From: Gammaproteobacteria bacterium
GTDB lineage: Bacteria; Pseudomonadota; Gammaproteobacteria; UBA4575
DNA: 64,000 nt
NCBI GenBank assembly: GCA_029253965.1
Contig: JAQWYM010000077.1
Coordinates: forward strand, 5,863-69,862
Direction of reading: 5' to 3'
This document shows positions 1-13,166 of the stretch, in pieces. The position numbers and the translations under genes were made by a program. The number at the start of each line of letters is the position of its first letter. Position 1 is the first letter of the stretch. The notes below the pieces were generated by a model. The model was not told the DNA's origin and searched no databases. It was given only the letters and a program-made list of their open reading frames with translations.

Positions 1-2299
<2,299 letters not shown>

Positions 2300-2522
2300 G
2301 GCAGTAGCTTCAGTTTAACGATTAACTAACAGCAGGAAGAATAACATGACTAGCGGTCTGGACTAAGCCTAATCAGTGAATTTTTGTATCTGGCAGTGAA
2401 CTTAATCTAGCGATAGCTCAAAGATAATGGCTCTGTTGATAATGTTGGCAACAGGCCCTCGACTAGGTATCGAGGGCGACTGCTGCTAACAAACTGTCAA
2501 ATGAGGTGGTAAGCGCTAAGGC

Positions 2523-3383
2523 CTACTTCCCTGATTGATTGAAGTAACGGAAGAATTGAGAGTCTGGCTTCAGCACTAAAACGTCATTTTTGGAATTAAA
2601 TGTACGTTTGTAAGCGCTTAAGCTTTTAGTTAATGTGTAAAACTCTTCATCTGCACCGTAAGCCTGTGCGTAAACATCGGCTGCTATGGCATCACCTTCA
2701 CCGCGTAACTGCTCAGATCGTTTATAGGCATCTGCTAGCGTGACTTGACGTTGGCGGTCAGCAGCGGCACGAATACGCTCCGCTGATTCTCGTCCACGAG
2801 CACGAAAATCTTTTGCAACTCGATCACGTTCTGCACGCATACGTTCATAAACTGAATCACTAATGTCTTCAGTGTAATCAATACGGCTGACGCGTAGATC
2901 GACGATTTTAATGCCCAACTCTTTTGAGATTTCATTGGTCTTAACGATCAATGCATTCATGATTTCTGAACGCTCGCCAGAGACGGCTTCTTTAATGGTT
3001 CGCGCCGCAATAACATCACGAAGTTCGTCTTTTGTAATCTGGCTGAGACGACTATTGGCACGTGACTCGATACCACCGGTAGCAACAAAATAGTCACGGA
3101 CATTATCGATACGCCATTTCACGAAGAAATCAACATAGACGTATTTCTTTTCACTGGTTGGGAATAAATCAGGTTTCACATCCAGTGTCAGAATACGCGA
3201 GTCAAAATACTTCACATCGTTGATGATCGGTAGTTTGAAGTGCAGGCCAGGCTGAATGTCAGCCTCCATGATTTCACCAAACTTCAATAGAATGGCACGT
3301 TGCGTCTCGTTTACAGTGTAAACACAGCTACTGTAGATAATAATACTGACAGCAATAAGGGCAGCAATGATTTTAGTGATCAT
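2523..3383 (-). CDS. hflC: protease modulator HflC (SPFH/band-7)
   Basis: SPFH domain with an N-terminal TM helix. The probable start is MITKIIAAL at 3383, immediately after the hflK stop; the longer 3470 start in the ORF track overlaps hflK. Confidence 0.9.
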   Translation of the reverse strand: MITKIIAALIAVSIIIYSSCVYTVNETQRAILLKFGEIMEADIQPGLHFKLPIINDVKYFDSRILTLDVKPDLFPTSEKKYVYVDFFVKWRIDNVRDYFVATGGIESRANSRLSQITKDELRDVIAARTIKEAVSGERSEIMNALIVKTNEISKELGIKIVDLRVSRIDYTEDISDSVYERMRAERDRVAKDFRARGRESAERIRAAADRQRQVTLADAYKRSEQLRGEGDAIAADVYAQAYGADEEFYTLTKSLSAYKRTFNSKNDVLVLKPDSQFFRYFNQSGK

Positions 3384-3384
3384 A

Positions 3385-4533
3385 TTAGCGATTCTCCCTG
3401 CCACGACTTGGGCGTTGTGGTATCTCTGATGAGCTTGATGAACCAAAGCTAGATGAGGTGTTAGCCGCACCCGTATTGCTGTTGTTCGATCGTGATGGTG
3501 CGTTCTGGATGAGCTTATCTAGCGGTAGGTACATCAGGTTATTACCACCTTCAACATCGAGCATGATCTTTGTGCTGTTGCTAAAGACTGCCTCAGTCGC
3601 TTCCAGATAGAGACGTTCGCGAGTGATGCTGGGTGCCTTTCTGTATTCAGTCAGTAATGCTGAGAAACGCTCAGATTCACCTTCTGCGGTAGCGACAATG
3701 GCCTCTTTATAACCAGTTGCTTCTTCAGTGATGCGTGCCGCTTCACCTCGAGCCTGCGGCACGATGGTATTAGCGTAGGCTTCTGCTTCCTGAATGTAAC
3801 GCTCCAAATCCTCACGTGATTTAATCACGTCATCAAAGGCGTTTTGTACCGGGCTTGGGGGCTGTGTCTTCTCTAAGTTGAGGGAAGTAATCTCAATACC
3901 CGCATCATAACGGTCTAAGATTTCTTGCATCAGTGTCTTCGTACTAGAAGAAATAACTTCTAATCCTTCATACAAGACAAAGTCGACTTCACTCTTACCG
4001 ACGATTTCACGAATAGCACTTTCCATCGCTTGTTTTAGAGTGATTTCTGGGCCACGTAGATTAAACAGATAACCAGGGGCATCTTTCACTCGATACTGTG
4101 CGGCAAGAATAATCTCTACAATATTCTCATCCCGCGTTAGCATCGTGGTCTGATGTCTAGCACTCCGTACCTGCTGGGTGTCGACTATATATAGCGACTG
4201 CACTGGGAAAGGAATATGCCAGTGTAGGCCAGAGTCGGTGGTCTCTTTGTATTTACCAAATTGAAGAATGATGCCAGCTTCACCTTCAGTCACCTTGTAG
4301 ATACCTGACATTCCCCAAACGATAGCAACAATAAAGATTGCGATCAGGCCAATGCTAGATGAACCCGTAGGCGAGTTTGAAGATGAGTTAGAACCGCCGC
4401 CGGAACCGCCGAAGAGGCCTCCAAACTTGCGTCCTAACTTCTGAAAGACTTCATCGAGATCCGGTGGTCCTTGGTTATTCGATTTACGATTCCAAGGATC
4501 ATCGTTGTTGTTACCTGGGGTGTTCCAGGGCAT
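3385..4533 (-). CDS. hflK: protease modulator HflK (SPFH/band-7)
   Basis: Gly/Ser-rich N-terminus, one TM helix and an SPFH domain. Typical HflK, adjacent to hflX and hflC. Confidence 0.9.
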   Translation of the reverse strand: MPWNTPGNNNDDPWNRKSNNQGPPDLDEVFQKLGRKFGGLFGGSGGGSNSSSNSPTGSSSIGLIAIFIVAIVWGMSGIYKVTEGEAGIILQFGKYKETTDSGLHWHIPFPVQSLYIVDTQQVRSARHQTTMLTRDENIVEIILAAQYRVKDAPGYLFNLRGPEITLKQAMESAIREIVGKSEVDFVLYEGLEVISSSTKTLMQEILDRYDAGIEITSLNLEKTQPPSPVQNAFDDVIKSREDLERYIQEAEAYANTIVPQARGEAARITEEATGYKEAIVATAEGESERFSALLTEYRKAPSITRERLYLEATEAVFSNSTKIMLDVEGGNNLMYLPLDKLIQNAPSRSNNSNTGAANTSSSFGSSSSSEIPQRPSRGRENR

Positions 4534-4573
4534 GTTGACTCCGCAGTAAGTTTAAATAAATGTTGAGGCTATT

Positions 4574-5887
4574 CTATTCACTCTTCAGCAAAATTTCAGC
4601 ATTCTCTTGTTCATGCTCTGTAGTGGTCTCTGTGACGATATAAACCTCAAAGCGTGACATAAGCTCTGCACTTATACGTGCCTCTATCTGCCAAAACCCC
4701 TCAGCATCAAAGGATTCGGCTAGGACTGCGTTATGTTGGTGCAGTAAAGCGCGGTGATCACCCTGAGCTGGAGGCAGTTGTAAGTTCACAGTTTTATGAC
4801 TTTCACTAAAAAATTGAACCATCGCCGAGTGCAATAACGATAAGCCATCGTTCTCTAAGGCCGAAACCCAGATGCGACTGATCTGATTATCATCACCCCT
4901 ATCGACATGCGGTAACTGCTTAATCTGGTCGATTTTGTTGTAGACCAACACCTGCGGGCAGTGCTCTGCATTGATCATTTCGAGGACGGCGTTAACCTCA
5001 CGAATATGCTCATTACGCTGAGGATTCGAGGCATCGACAACATGTAAGAGTAAATCTGCCTCAACCGTTTCTTGCAGGGTAGCGTGGAAAGCCTCAACCA
5101 AGTCATGTGGTAAATCTTGGATAAAGCCGACGGTATCAGCAAGGATGATCTCATCGAAGCCTTCCAGTTGTAAGCGCCGCAGGGTTGGATCCAATGTCGC
5201 AAAGAGTTTATCCGCCTGATAGACCTTACTATCGGTAAGCGTATTAAACAGCGTCGACTTGCCGGCATTGGTATAGCCGACTAGGGCCACCGTAGGAATA
5301 GGTTTCTTGCGGCGTGCTTGGCGCCCTTGGTTTCGCTGCGAGCGCACCTTGGCTAAACGCTTTTCTAAAGATTTAACGCGCACCGCAAGTAGACGTCTAT
5401 CGGTCTCTAGCTGGGTTTCCCCGGGGCCGCGCATACCGATACCACCTTTTTGCCGTTCTAGGTGAGTCCAGCCACGCACTAGGCGCGTCGACATATACCG
5501 AAGCTGGGCAAGCTCAACCTGTAGCTTGCCCTCATAGGAGCGTGCGCGTTGTGCAAAGATATCAAGGATTAAGCCGGTGCGATCGAGTACGCGGCAGTGA
5601 CAGGCGCTCTCAATATTACGTTCTTGGCTAGGCGATAAAGCATGATTAAAGAGGAGCAATTCAATACCTTCAGCCTCTACTCTTTCAGCGAGCTCTTCGA
5701 GTTTACCGCCTCCGATAAGGAAGCGAGATTCTGGTTTAGCACGCGAATAGAGCACGATATCTAGGATATCGGCACCTGCTGATTTAGCTAAGAGTCTAAA
5801 TTCTTCAGTATCAGCGGGATCAGGGCTGCGGCCAAATGCGGGATGGACTAAGAGCGCGCTTTCGCCACTCTGCGGACGTTCAAACAC
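4574..5887 (-). CDS. hflX: GTPase HflX
   Basis: N-terminus MFERPQSGESALLVHP parallels E. coli HflX. G-domain motifs GYTNAGKST and DTVGF are present. The gene lies downstream of hfq. Confidence 0.9.
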   Translation of the reverse strand: MFERPQSGESALLVHPAFGRSPDPADTEEFRLLAKSAGADILDIVLYSRAKPESRFLIGGGKLEELAERVEAEGIELLLFNHALSPSQERNIESACHCRVLDRTGLILDIFAQRARSYEGKLQVELAQLRYMSTRLVRGWTHLERQKGGIGMRGPGETQLETDRRLLAVRVKSLEKRLAKVRSQRNQGRQARRKKPIPTVALVGYTNAGKSTLFNTLTDSKVYQADKLFATLDPTLRRLQLEGFDEIILADTVGFIQDLPHDLVEAFHATLQETVEADLLLHVVDASNPQRNEHIREVNAVLEMINAEHCPQVLVYNKIDQIKQLPHVDRGDDNQISRIWVSALENDGLSLLHSAMVQFFSESHKTVNLQLPPAQGDHRALLHQHNAVLAESFDAEGFWQIEARISAELMSRFEVYIVTETTTEHEQENAEILLKSE

Positions 5888-5917
5888 TAAGCATTGCCCC
5901 AGCTACTGCAAAGAAAA

Positions 5918-6151
5918 CTATTCAACAGCGTCAGTAAATGGAATATTTACTGCTTTTGTTGGCACGATGGTTGAAATCGCATGTTTGTAAACCATTTGGT
6001 TGACGGTGTTCTTAAGCACGATCACAAATTGATCAAAAGAATCGATCTGTCCCTGTAATTTGATGCCATTAACTAGGTAGATAGCGACAGGAATTTTTTC
6101 TTTGCGTAGGGCGTTTAAGAAGGGTTCTTGTAAAGTTTGACCTTTCGACAT
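5918..6151 (-). CDS. hfq: RNA chaperone Hfq
   Basis: [47 protein letters not shown]: Sm1/Sm2 motifs, near identical to enterobacterial Hfq. Confidence 0.97.
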   Translation of the reverse strand: MSKGQTLQEPFLNALRKEKIPVAIYLVNGIKLQGQIDSFDQFVIVLKNTVNQMVYKHAISTIVPTKAVNIPFTDAVE

Positions 6152-6235
6152 GAGGTTTGCACTCTTAACGTTAATTGTTATTTTTATTGTATTACTCTGC
6201 GCTAATTCCCCAACCGGCGAGAGATATTAATTATT

Positions 6236-7174
6236 TTAGCAGTTACTAGCTGGCAGGTTGCAACTGATTTCCTTTGCTAAGTGTGCAATGGGGTGTACTA
6301 CTGGGTCAATTAGCCCAATTTTAGGATAGCTGCGCAGCCAGGTGAGCTGCCGTTTGGCGAGCTGTCGGGTAGCAGCAATGCCTTGTTCACGCATTTCCGC
6401 ATAACTGATATCGCCTTCTAGATAGGACCATATCTGGCGATAGCCAATACAACGCATTGAAGACATGCTGGCTGAAAGAGTCCAGTTTTGGCGTAAGGCC
6501 TGTAACTCCTCAACCGCACCATGCTCTAACATCCAGTCAAAACGTTTTTCGATATTCTGATGTAGCCAGGCCCGATTTTCAGGAAATAGTCCCCAGGCAT
6601 GAATGTCTAGATCATCGCGGGTAAACTGTGGCTTTTGTTGCCACGATGTGAGGCTGCGGCCTGTATTCTCAAAGACTTCTAAGGCGCGCTGTATGCGTTG
6701 ACGATCATTTGGGTGAATGCGTGTCGCCGCAGTGGCGTCAACACTACTGAGTCGAGAATGTAAGGCGGCAGAGCCTTTGCTTTGCATTTCTGCTTCGAGC
6801 TGCTGACGAATCACAGGGTTTGTTGCGGGCAGCTCTGAAAGTCCAAACTGAAGCGCACGAAAATAGAGGATGGTGCCGCCGACTAATAATGGCGTATGGC
6901 CACGGCCGAGGATAGCGTCGATTTGGCGGTTGGCATCGTTACAGAATTCAGCGACTGAATACTGCTCATCTGGATTACGGATATTAAGTAAGGCATGGGG
7001 TGTATCAGCCAAAACGGTGTTGCTGGGTTTGGCCGTACCAATATTCATGTCACGGTAAATTAATGCGGAGTCGACGCTGATAATTTCACAGCGATGCTGG
7101 CGACAGAGCTCAATCGCTAAATCTGTTTTACCACTGGCAGTGGGCCCCATTAAAAAAATAACCGCAGCAGCCAT
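6236..7174 (-). CDS. miaA: tRNA dimethylallyltransferase
   Basis: P-loop GPTASGKT, 312 aa. Conserved mutL-miaA-hfq order. Confidence 0.92.
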   Translation of the reverse strand: MAAAVIFLMGPTASGKTDLAIELCRQHRCEIISVDSALIYRDMNIGTAKPSNTVLADTPHALLNIRNPDEQYSVAEFCNDANRQIDAILGRGHTPLLVGGTILYFRALQFGLSELPATNPVIRQQLEAEMQSKGSAALHSRLSSVDATAATRIHPNDRQRIQRALEVFENTGRSLTSWQQKPQFTRDDLDIHAWGLFPENRAWLHQNIEKRFDWMLEHGAVEELQALRQNWTLSASMSSMRCIGYRQIWSYLEGDISYAEMREQGIAATRQLAKRQLTWLRSYPKIGLIDPVVHPIAHLAKEISCNLPASNC

Positions 7175-7177
7175 GCT

Positions 7178-9013
7178 TCAACGTCCGCGATAGAACAGTT
7201 TATCGAGGTCAGCTATGCTGAGTTGGATCCATGTTGGTCGGCCATGATTGCATTGGCCACTGCGCTCTGTTTCTTCAATCGCTCGTAATAAGGCATTCAT
7301 TTCCAATAGCGTCATTTTACGATTAGCACGGACAGAGCCATGACAGGCCATGCTAGAAAGTGCTTCATTTCGTAAAAGTTCGATGCGATCACTTTCGCCA
7401 CTCTCATTGAGATCCGAGAGCATGTCACGAACGACGCTGGCGATATCAGTATCATTCAACAATGACGGCGCTGAGCGCACTACGATCTGCTCATCACTGA
7501 GTAAATCCAGTTGTATACCGAGCTCACTAAATAAGGCTTGATGCACGCTAGCAAAGCGTACTTCACTAGCGCTTAGGCTAACCTTTAATGGCATTAGAAG
7601 TTGCTGCGGGGCCAGATCTAAACGTTGTGCCTTGAGTTGTTCATAGACGACTCGCTCATGCGCTGCATGCATGTCAACGAGCACCATACCTTGCTCATTC
7701 TGAGCTAATACATAGATGCCATGAAGTTGACCCAAGGCATAGCCTAAAGCTGGAATAGAGTCATTAGACTGGACTGCCTGCTGACCAAAAACAGCCATTT
7801 CATCAATGCTGGCACTGCTTAATGGCTGCTGCAAAGTAGGGTATGTCTGGCTGCTTTGTTGGCTAGCAGGGTAGAGCTGTGCAGCCTGCTCCATAACCGC
7901 CGAGGTATTCAACCGAGTTTGTTCTGGTGCGCGATAAGAGCTCCCAGCATAGCTGGCTAATTTATTGAGTTGATCATGATCAACTGGAGCGCTTCGGAAT
8001 TCGCTGAGAAGCTGTTTCAGTGTATGCCGACAAAAATCATGAATGGAACGGCTGTCACGGAAACGAACCTCTGTCTTTGCTGGGTGCGCATTGATATCTA
8101 GGGTGTTGGGCTCAATCTCAAGGAAAACCACATAGGCCGGTTGTCGACCATGAAAAAGGACATCTTGATAGGCAAGCTTGATTGCATGTGAGATTGTTTT
8201 ATCGCGAACATGACGCTGATTAACAAACTGATACTGCATGTCTGCTTGTGAGCGTGAAAAGCTTGGTGTGGCTAACCAGCCATGCAAGCGTTTGCCATCA
8301 TGCTCATGCTCAAAATACAGCAGGTTCTCAACAAAGCTCCGCCCTAAAAGCGTTTGTAGACGACGCTCCTGTGACTCTTGATCGAGTGCTGGCGGCAATG
8401 AAAAAATAGTTTTTTGGTTGTGACGCAGCTCAAAGGCACAGCTGAAATGCGCTAAGGCAACGCGTTTAACCACCTGTTCACAATGATTAAACTCGGTCTT
8501 TTCTGCGCGCAGAAACTTACGCCGTGCCGGGGTATTAAAGAAGATATCATTGACATCTATGTGGGTGCCCTGCGCCTGTCTTGCGGGCTTTAATAAGCCA
8601 TCATCAGCGCTCTCATCAATACGGCCGCCATCAACAATAATCTGCCATGCCTGCTCACTGTCTACGCTGCGTGAACTTAAGCTAAAGCGCGAAATAGAGG
8701 CAATACTAGGGAGTGCCTCACCACGAAAGCCCATACTTCTAATACGCTGTAAGTCATCGAAGCTTTCTATTTTCGAGGTGGCATGTCGTGTCAGTGCCAG
8801 CGTGATTTCATCAGCTGGGATGCCTTTGCCGTTGTCGCGAACGGAGATGCGTTGCATACCGCCTTGTTCCAGCTCAATGCTAATGCTATTGGCCCCTGCA
8901 TCGATACTGTTTTCAACCAGTTCTTTGACAATCGAGGCAGGTCGTTCGATGACTTCACCAGCCGCAATCTGGTTAATCAAGGTGTCTGGCAGTTTTTTGA
9001 TCGACTGGGACAT
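7178..9013 (-). CDS. mutL: DNA mismatch repair protein MutL
   Basis: N-terminal GHKL ATPase motifs (ELVENSIDAGA, DNGKGI) and a C-terminal dimerisation domain. 611 aa. Confidence 0.93.
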   Translation of the reverse strand: MSQSIKKLPDTLINQIAAGEVIERPASIVKELVENSIDAGANSISIELEQGGMQRISVRDNGKGIPADEITLALTRHATSKIESFDDLQRIRSMGFRGEALPSIASISRFSLSSRSVDSEQAWQIIVDGGRIDESADDGLLKPARQAQGTHIDVNDIFFNTPARRKFLRAEKTEFNHCEQVVKRVALAHFSCAFELRHNQKTIFSLPPALDQESQERRLQTLLGRSFVENLLYFEHEHDGKRLHGWLATPSFSRSQADMQYQFVNQRHVRDKTISHAIKLAYQDVLFHGRQPAYVVFLEIEPNTLDINAHPAKTEVRFRDSRSIHDFCRHTLKQLLSEFRSAPVDHDQLNKLASYAGSSYRAPEQTRLNTSAVMEQAAQLYPASQQSSQTYPTLQQPLSSASIDEMAVFGQQAVQSNDSIPALGYALGQLHGIYVLAQNEQGMVLVDMHAAHERVVYEQLKAQRLDLAPQQLLMPLKVSLSASEVRFASVHQALFSELGIQLDLLSDEQIVVRSAPSLLNDTDIASVVRDMLSDLNESGESDRIELLRNEALSSMACHGSVRANRKMTLLEMNALLRAIEETERSGQCNHGRPTWIQLSIADLDKLFYRGR

Positions 9014-9031
9014 GGCGATTACCTCTAAGTT

Positions 9032-9379
9032 CTAGCTGAGCAGAACGGCTTGTTCATCACTAAGCCCAAACATTTGTTGAATGCCATTGAGAGCAAAATC
9101 AGAAAAGGCAGTTTGATTTAAGGCCTCCGCTTGCTGATTGATAATATGCTCATTATCTGCAGTCAAGACACGGGTTTGATAGCGATCAGCAGATCCCGCC
9201 GCGGTTTCCTCATGGGTAATGTATACTTCTGGATCAGTCCCACCATCTTTCACTAGAGCCATCAGAAAGCGGTAATTCGTACCATCGCTGCTACTGATGT
9301 CACCGAGTAAGGTGGCTGTATATTCGCCGTATTTGTATCGGCGTAGGGGTATTGCAGTTTGAATTTTTGGTAAGGCCAC
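9032..9379 (-). CDS. hypothetical protein (115 aa)
   Basis: ORF only; no family recognised by eye. Divergent from the RibD-C-like gene. Confidence 0.4.
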   Translation of the reverse strand: MALPKIQTAIPLRRYKYGEYTATLLGDISSSDGTNYRFLMALVKDGGTDPEVYITHEETAAGSADRYQTRVLTADNEHIINQQAEALNQTAFSDFALNGIQQMFGLSDEQAVLLS

Positions 9380-9394
9380 GGCAGAGGTTTCGTT

Positions 9395-10231
9395 GTGATG
9401 GAAAAAATTACACGCTTATTCCCCCCTACTGGGGAGGCGCAGTCTGTTCAGGGATTATATCTTAGACCGGGTAGAATTGCTGCTGAAGAGGGCGAGATAC
9501 CTTTGGTTTATGCCAATTTCTTATCCAGCCTTGATGGTCGTATTGCCCTAGCTGACAGTGAGAGTCAGCAGTACCAACTTCCGCAGCGCTTAAAGTCGAG
9601 CTTAGATTTTCGCTTGTTCTTAGAGCTTTATGCTCATGCTGACTGCATTATTACGCACGGTGGTTACATGCGTTCACTGCAGGCTAAGCGTTTAGGAAAT
9701 ATTTTACAGTTGCCAGAACATGCAGAGTCTCAGTATTTACATGATTGGCGTCTACAGCAGGGTTTAAAACCAGCTCCTGACGTTATGATTATTAGTGGCT
9801 CGATGGATTTCCCATGGCATGACTCGCTGGATGAACATAATCAAAATGTGCATCTAGCAACCGCTGCTGAAGCGCATCCTCAACGTCTTGATTACTGGCG
9901 AGAAAAAGGCAGGGAACCATTACACTTTGGTAGTGGTCGTTTAGTGGATGTAGAGCCGATGATGTCATTTCTGCAACAGCAGGGTTACCGTTCCGTTTAT
10001 TTGGTGGCAGGGCCAGAGTTGCTGCATGATTTATTACGGCATAATTATGTGCAGCGATATTTCACCACTATCTCACACCAGTTATTAGCGGGCGGTGATT
10101 TCAAAACGGTTTTGAATGGAGCGGAGCTTGATGAGCAGGGCAGGCTTGATTTACGCGGTCTCTGTTATATGCCGCCGAGTGAGGCGGAAGTTGGTCAGTG
10201 GTTTGCTGAGTTTGAACCGAATCATAATTAA
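9395..10231 (+). CDS. RibD C-terminal domain / dihydrofolate-reductase-like reductase family protein
   Basis: SLDGRIA motif typical of the RibD_C/DHFR-like NADPH-binding fold. 278 aa. Confidence 0.6.
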   Translation: MMEKITRLFPPTGEAQSVQGLYLRPGRIAAEEGEIPLVYANFLSSLDGRIALADSESQQYQLPQRLKSSLDFRLFLELYAHADCIITHGGYMRSLQAKRLGNILQLPEHAESQYLHDWRLQQGLKPAPDVMIISGSMDFPWHDSLDEHNQNVHLATAAEAHPQRLDYWREKGREPLHFGSGRLVDVEPMMSFLQQQGYRSVYLVAGPELLHDLLRHNYVQRYFTTISHQLLAGGDFKTVLNGAELDEQGRLDLRGLCYMPPSEAEVGQWFAEFEPNHN

Positions 10232-10268
10232 AATAGCTCAATGTAGCTTAGATTAAAGAGAAAATAGC

Positions 10269-11276
10269 ATGATGGAATTCTTCTTAGACTACGGTCTATT
10301 TTTCGCTAAAACGATAACCTTAGTCATAATGTTTGTATTGGTAATCGGTTTTATATCCTCTCTTGCAGCACGTGGCCAGCATGCCAACCGTTTGCAGATT
10401 AAGAATGTGACGCAGCGATACGAAAAGACAAAAGAGCATGTGCAGCGTGAAGTGTTGTCAAAGAAAGCCTTTAAGAAAATTCAAAAATCACAAAAGAAAG
10501 CTGCTAAGAGTAAAAAGGAAGAGAGCCGTCAACGTGTTTTTGTACTTCGTTTTGTAGGCAATATTAAAGCATCAGCGACCAAGTATTTACGCGAGGAAGT
10601 CAGTGCCATTTTGTCGGTGGCAGATAAAAATGATGAGGTGGTTTTGTGTTTGGAAAATGCCGGTGGTCTGGTGCATGAGCATGGTTTTGCCGCCTCACAG
10701 TTGACTCGATTTAAGCAGCATGACTTAGCGCTAACCGTGGTGGTGGATAAGGTGGCTGCCAGTGGTGGTTATATGATGGCCTGTGTTGCGGATAAAGTAG
10801 TGGCGGCACCTTTTTCTGTGATTGGATCAATTGGTGTGATCGCACAGATGCCTAATTTCAGTCGGCTATTGGATAAAAATGGCGTTGACTTTGAGATGAT
10901 TAAAGCTGGTGAAAATAAGCGAACTATCACCATGTTTGGTAAAAACACCGATGAGGATCGTGCCAAATTCACGGAGCAGGTAGAAGATACGCATGAATTA
11001 TTTAAGGACTTTATTCATGAGCAAAGAGCAGCTGTTGATCTTACTAAGGTTGCAACGGGTGAGCATTGGTATGGTCGCCGTGCCCTAGAACTCAATCTTA
11101 TTGATGAGCTCATGACTAGTGATGACTACCTATGGCAATTAAGTGCAGTGGCAGATATTTACGAGGTCAGTCATATCGTGCCGAAGTCACTCTCTGAGAA
11201 GGTCATGGGTAGTGCACAAGCGGCGGTTGATCGAGTGCTAACCTCTGCTTGGCAGCGTTCTATTTTCAAGGCGTAG
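10269..11276 (+). CDS. sohB: inner-membrane peptidase SohB (S49 family)
   Basis: N-terminal TM helix. ClpP/S49 core with AASGGYMMA around the catalytic Ser. About 335 aa, as in E. coli SohB. Confidence 0.85.
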   Translation: MMEFFLDYGLFFAKTITLVIMFVLVIGFISSLAARGQHANRLQIKNVTQRYEKTKEHVQREVLSKKAFKKIQKSQKKAAKSKKEESRQRVFVLRFVGNIKASATKYLREEVSAILSVADKNDEVVLCLENAGGLVHEHGFAASQLTRFKQHDLALTVVVDKVAASGGYMMACVADKVVAAPFSVIGSIGVIAQMPNFSRLLDKNGVDFEMIKAGENKRTITMFGKNTDEDRAKFTEQVEDTHELFKDFIHEQRAAVDLTKVATGEHWYGRRALELNLIDELMTSDDYLWQLSAVADIYEVSHIVPKSLSEKVMGSAQAAVDRVLTSAWQRSIFKA

Positions 11277-11297
11277 TTAGCCTTGAAAGCACTCAGC

Positions 11298-12650
11298 TTA
11301 AGCTCTGGGGATCTTAAGCTTTTGTCCAGCATGAATCTTATCGCCCTTGATGCCGTTGGCTAAGCGTAAGGCCTTTACGCTGACACCGTATCGCTGAGCA
11401 ACACCTGATAGTGTTTCACCGCGGCGAATAATATGTTGATTATTATTCCTACTGCTAGGTGCCTGCGCTAACTTACTATCTTCTGGGGCGTTATCTTCTA
11501 GATAACGCCTAATCCCATTAAAGATAGCCTTTGCCATTTTTTCTTGATGCTTCGGCGAGCGCAACTTTTTCTCTTCTTTACGATTTGAAATAAAGGCGGT
11601 CTCAACCAAGATGGAAGGTATATCAGGTGACTTTAAGACTACAAAGCCGGCATGCCCAACCTTTTTCTTGGTTTTACCTAGGCGTGATAAATTAGTAATT
11701 ACATTATCAGCCAGCTCAGTGCTGGCATCGATGGTGGCTGTTTGTGAGAGGTCTAAGATGACATGTTGTAAGACCTTATCCTTACCCTCTAATGAGACAC
11801 CACCGATCATATCAGCAGCATTTTGTGAGCGCGCTAGAATTTTAGCGGCTTCACTACTGGCACCACGTTTAGATAAGACATACACCGATGAGCCATAAGC
11901 ACGGCGACTTTCGACAGCATCAGCATGGACAGATATAAACAGATCAGCACGGTTTTTGCGCGCTATATTTGTACGCGTACGTAAGGTCAAGTAACGGTCA
12001 TTGCTGCGGGTGAGTACGGCACGCATACCCGGTTGTGCATCCAATAAGCGTTTTAAGCGTTTTGCTATTTGAAGTACGACAGTTTTCTCATAGGTGCCAG
12101 CATAGCCGATAGCCCCTGGATCTTTACCGCCGTGGCCGGCATCAATAGCAATAACGACATCGCGTAATGCTCGCCTTTCGATAGGTGCACTACTGATTGA
12201 GTTAGCTGGCTTCTTTTTGGCAGAGACATTACTTTTGCCTGTGCTTAGATCGAGTACCAGCCGGTAATTGTTTTTAGCATTAGGTGCGAGCAAGAAATTG
12301 TTGGGTGTGACACGCTGTTTTAAATCAAAGACTAGGCGCAAAGAGGATTTACGCTGGGCATGACGCATGTCAGAAATTGCGGTGTTGGCAAAGTTACTAC
12401 GGGCAATATTTTTGCTGAGTTTAGTGTTTGCAATATCAATGACTAAACGTTCTGGGTCACTCAGAGTAAAGACCTTATAAGCGGGACGTTTTCTTGTCTC
12501 AATCACTATGCGTGTAGTCTGATCTTTTACCGCGATGCGAATATCGTCGACTGCGATTGGTTCAGCTGAAACAGACGCTAAACTAATAATGCTAATTAAT
12601 AACAGTATGAATAGACGGCTAAGGAATTGCTGATTAAAAATACGTGGCAT
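11298..12650 (-). CDS. amiB: N-acetylmuramoyl-L-alanine amidase with C-terminal LysM
   Basis: Amidase_3 motif AIDAGHGGKDPGA. C-terminal LysM (ETLSGVAQRYGVSVKALRLANGI). Signal peptide. Probable start MPRIF at 12650; lies downstream of tsaE as in the E. coli tsaE-amiB-mutL order. Confidence 0.85.
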   Translation of the reverse strand: MPRIFNQQFLSRLFILLLISIISLASVSAEPIAVDDIRIAVKDQTTRIVIETRKRPAYKVFTLSDPERLVIDIANTKLSKNIARSNFANTAISDMRHAQRKSSLRLVFDLKQRVTPNNFLLAPNAKNNYRLVLDLSTGKSNVSAKKKPANSISSAPIERRALRDVVIAIDAGHGGKDPGAIGYAGTYEKTVVLQIAKRLKRLLDAQPGMRAVLTRSNDRYLTLRTRTNIARKNRADLFISVHADAVESRRAYGSSVYVLSKRGASSEAAKILARSQNAADMIGGVSLEGKDKVLQHVILDLSQTATIDASTELADNVITNLSRLGKTKKKVGHAGFVVLKSPDIPSILVETAFISNRKEEKKLRSPKHQEKMAKAIFNGIRRYLEDNAPEDSKLAQAPSSRNNNQHIIRRGETLSGVAQRYGVSVKALRLANGIKGDKIHAGQKLKIPRA

Positions 12651-12658
12651 GATTTTTA

Positions 12659-13126
12659 TTATGCACCTCGCGTGCAATCTAGCCAGCGCTTTTCATCAGC
12701 ATGCTCGATTTTTATAGTCAGATCGGGTGAATGTAATAAAGGGCTGCCCTTTTCAGGCCATTCCACAAAGCAAATGGCATCACTACTCAGGTACTCACGA
12801 ATCCCCATAAACTCAAGCTCTTCAGGATCACTCAGTCGGTAGAGATCAAAATGATGAACCTCATATTGATCGAATGTATAGCTCTCAACGAGTGTGAACG
12901 TTGGGCTTTTGACATGACCTTGATAACCTAAAGCACGTAAATAGCCACGCACCAAGGTGGTCTTGCCGACGCCCAGATCACCCTCTAGAAAAACCAATGC
13001 AGGCGCCTGTAATGTGCCACATAAATGCGCTGCAAAAGTCTCCATTGCAGTGCTGGACTCAATGAGAGTCGGTGTCTCAGGTAGGCCGGTTAAGCTCGGC
13101 GATCTTGTCTTGTTAGCTAAGGTCAT
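12659..13126 (-). CDS. tsaE: tRNA threonylcarbamoyladenosine biosynthesis ATPase TsaE
   Basis: [13 protein letters not shown]alker A and SPTFTL motif. 155 aa. Confidence 0.9.
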   Translation of the reverse strand: MTLANKTRSPSLTGLPETPTLIESSTAMETFAAHLCGTLQAPALVFLEGDLGVGKTTLVRGYLRALGYQGHVKSPTFTLVESYTFDQYEVHHFDLYRLSDPEELEFMGIREYLSSDAICFVEWPEKGSPLLHSPDLTIKIEHADEKRWLDCTRGA

Positions 13127-13166
13127 TATTCTTATGTTTACTTATGATCAGATTACTTCTGTCTAG

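Noticed and set aside
2457-2484. Hairpin ccctcga...tcgaggg between hisZ and hflC
   Set aside because: No T-run on either strand, so it cannot be confidently called a terminator.
8550-9035. Plus-strand ORFs of 161 aa and 81 aa overlapping mutL
   Set aside because: Antisense to the well-supported mutL frame. No RBS or family signal.
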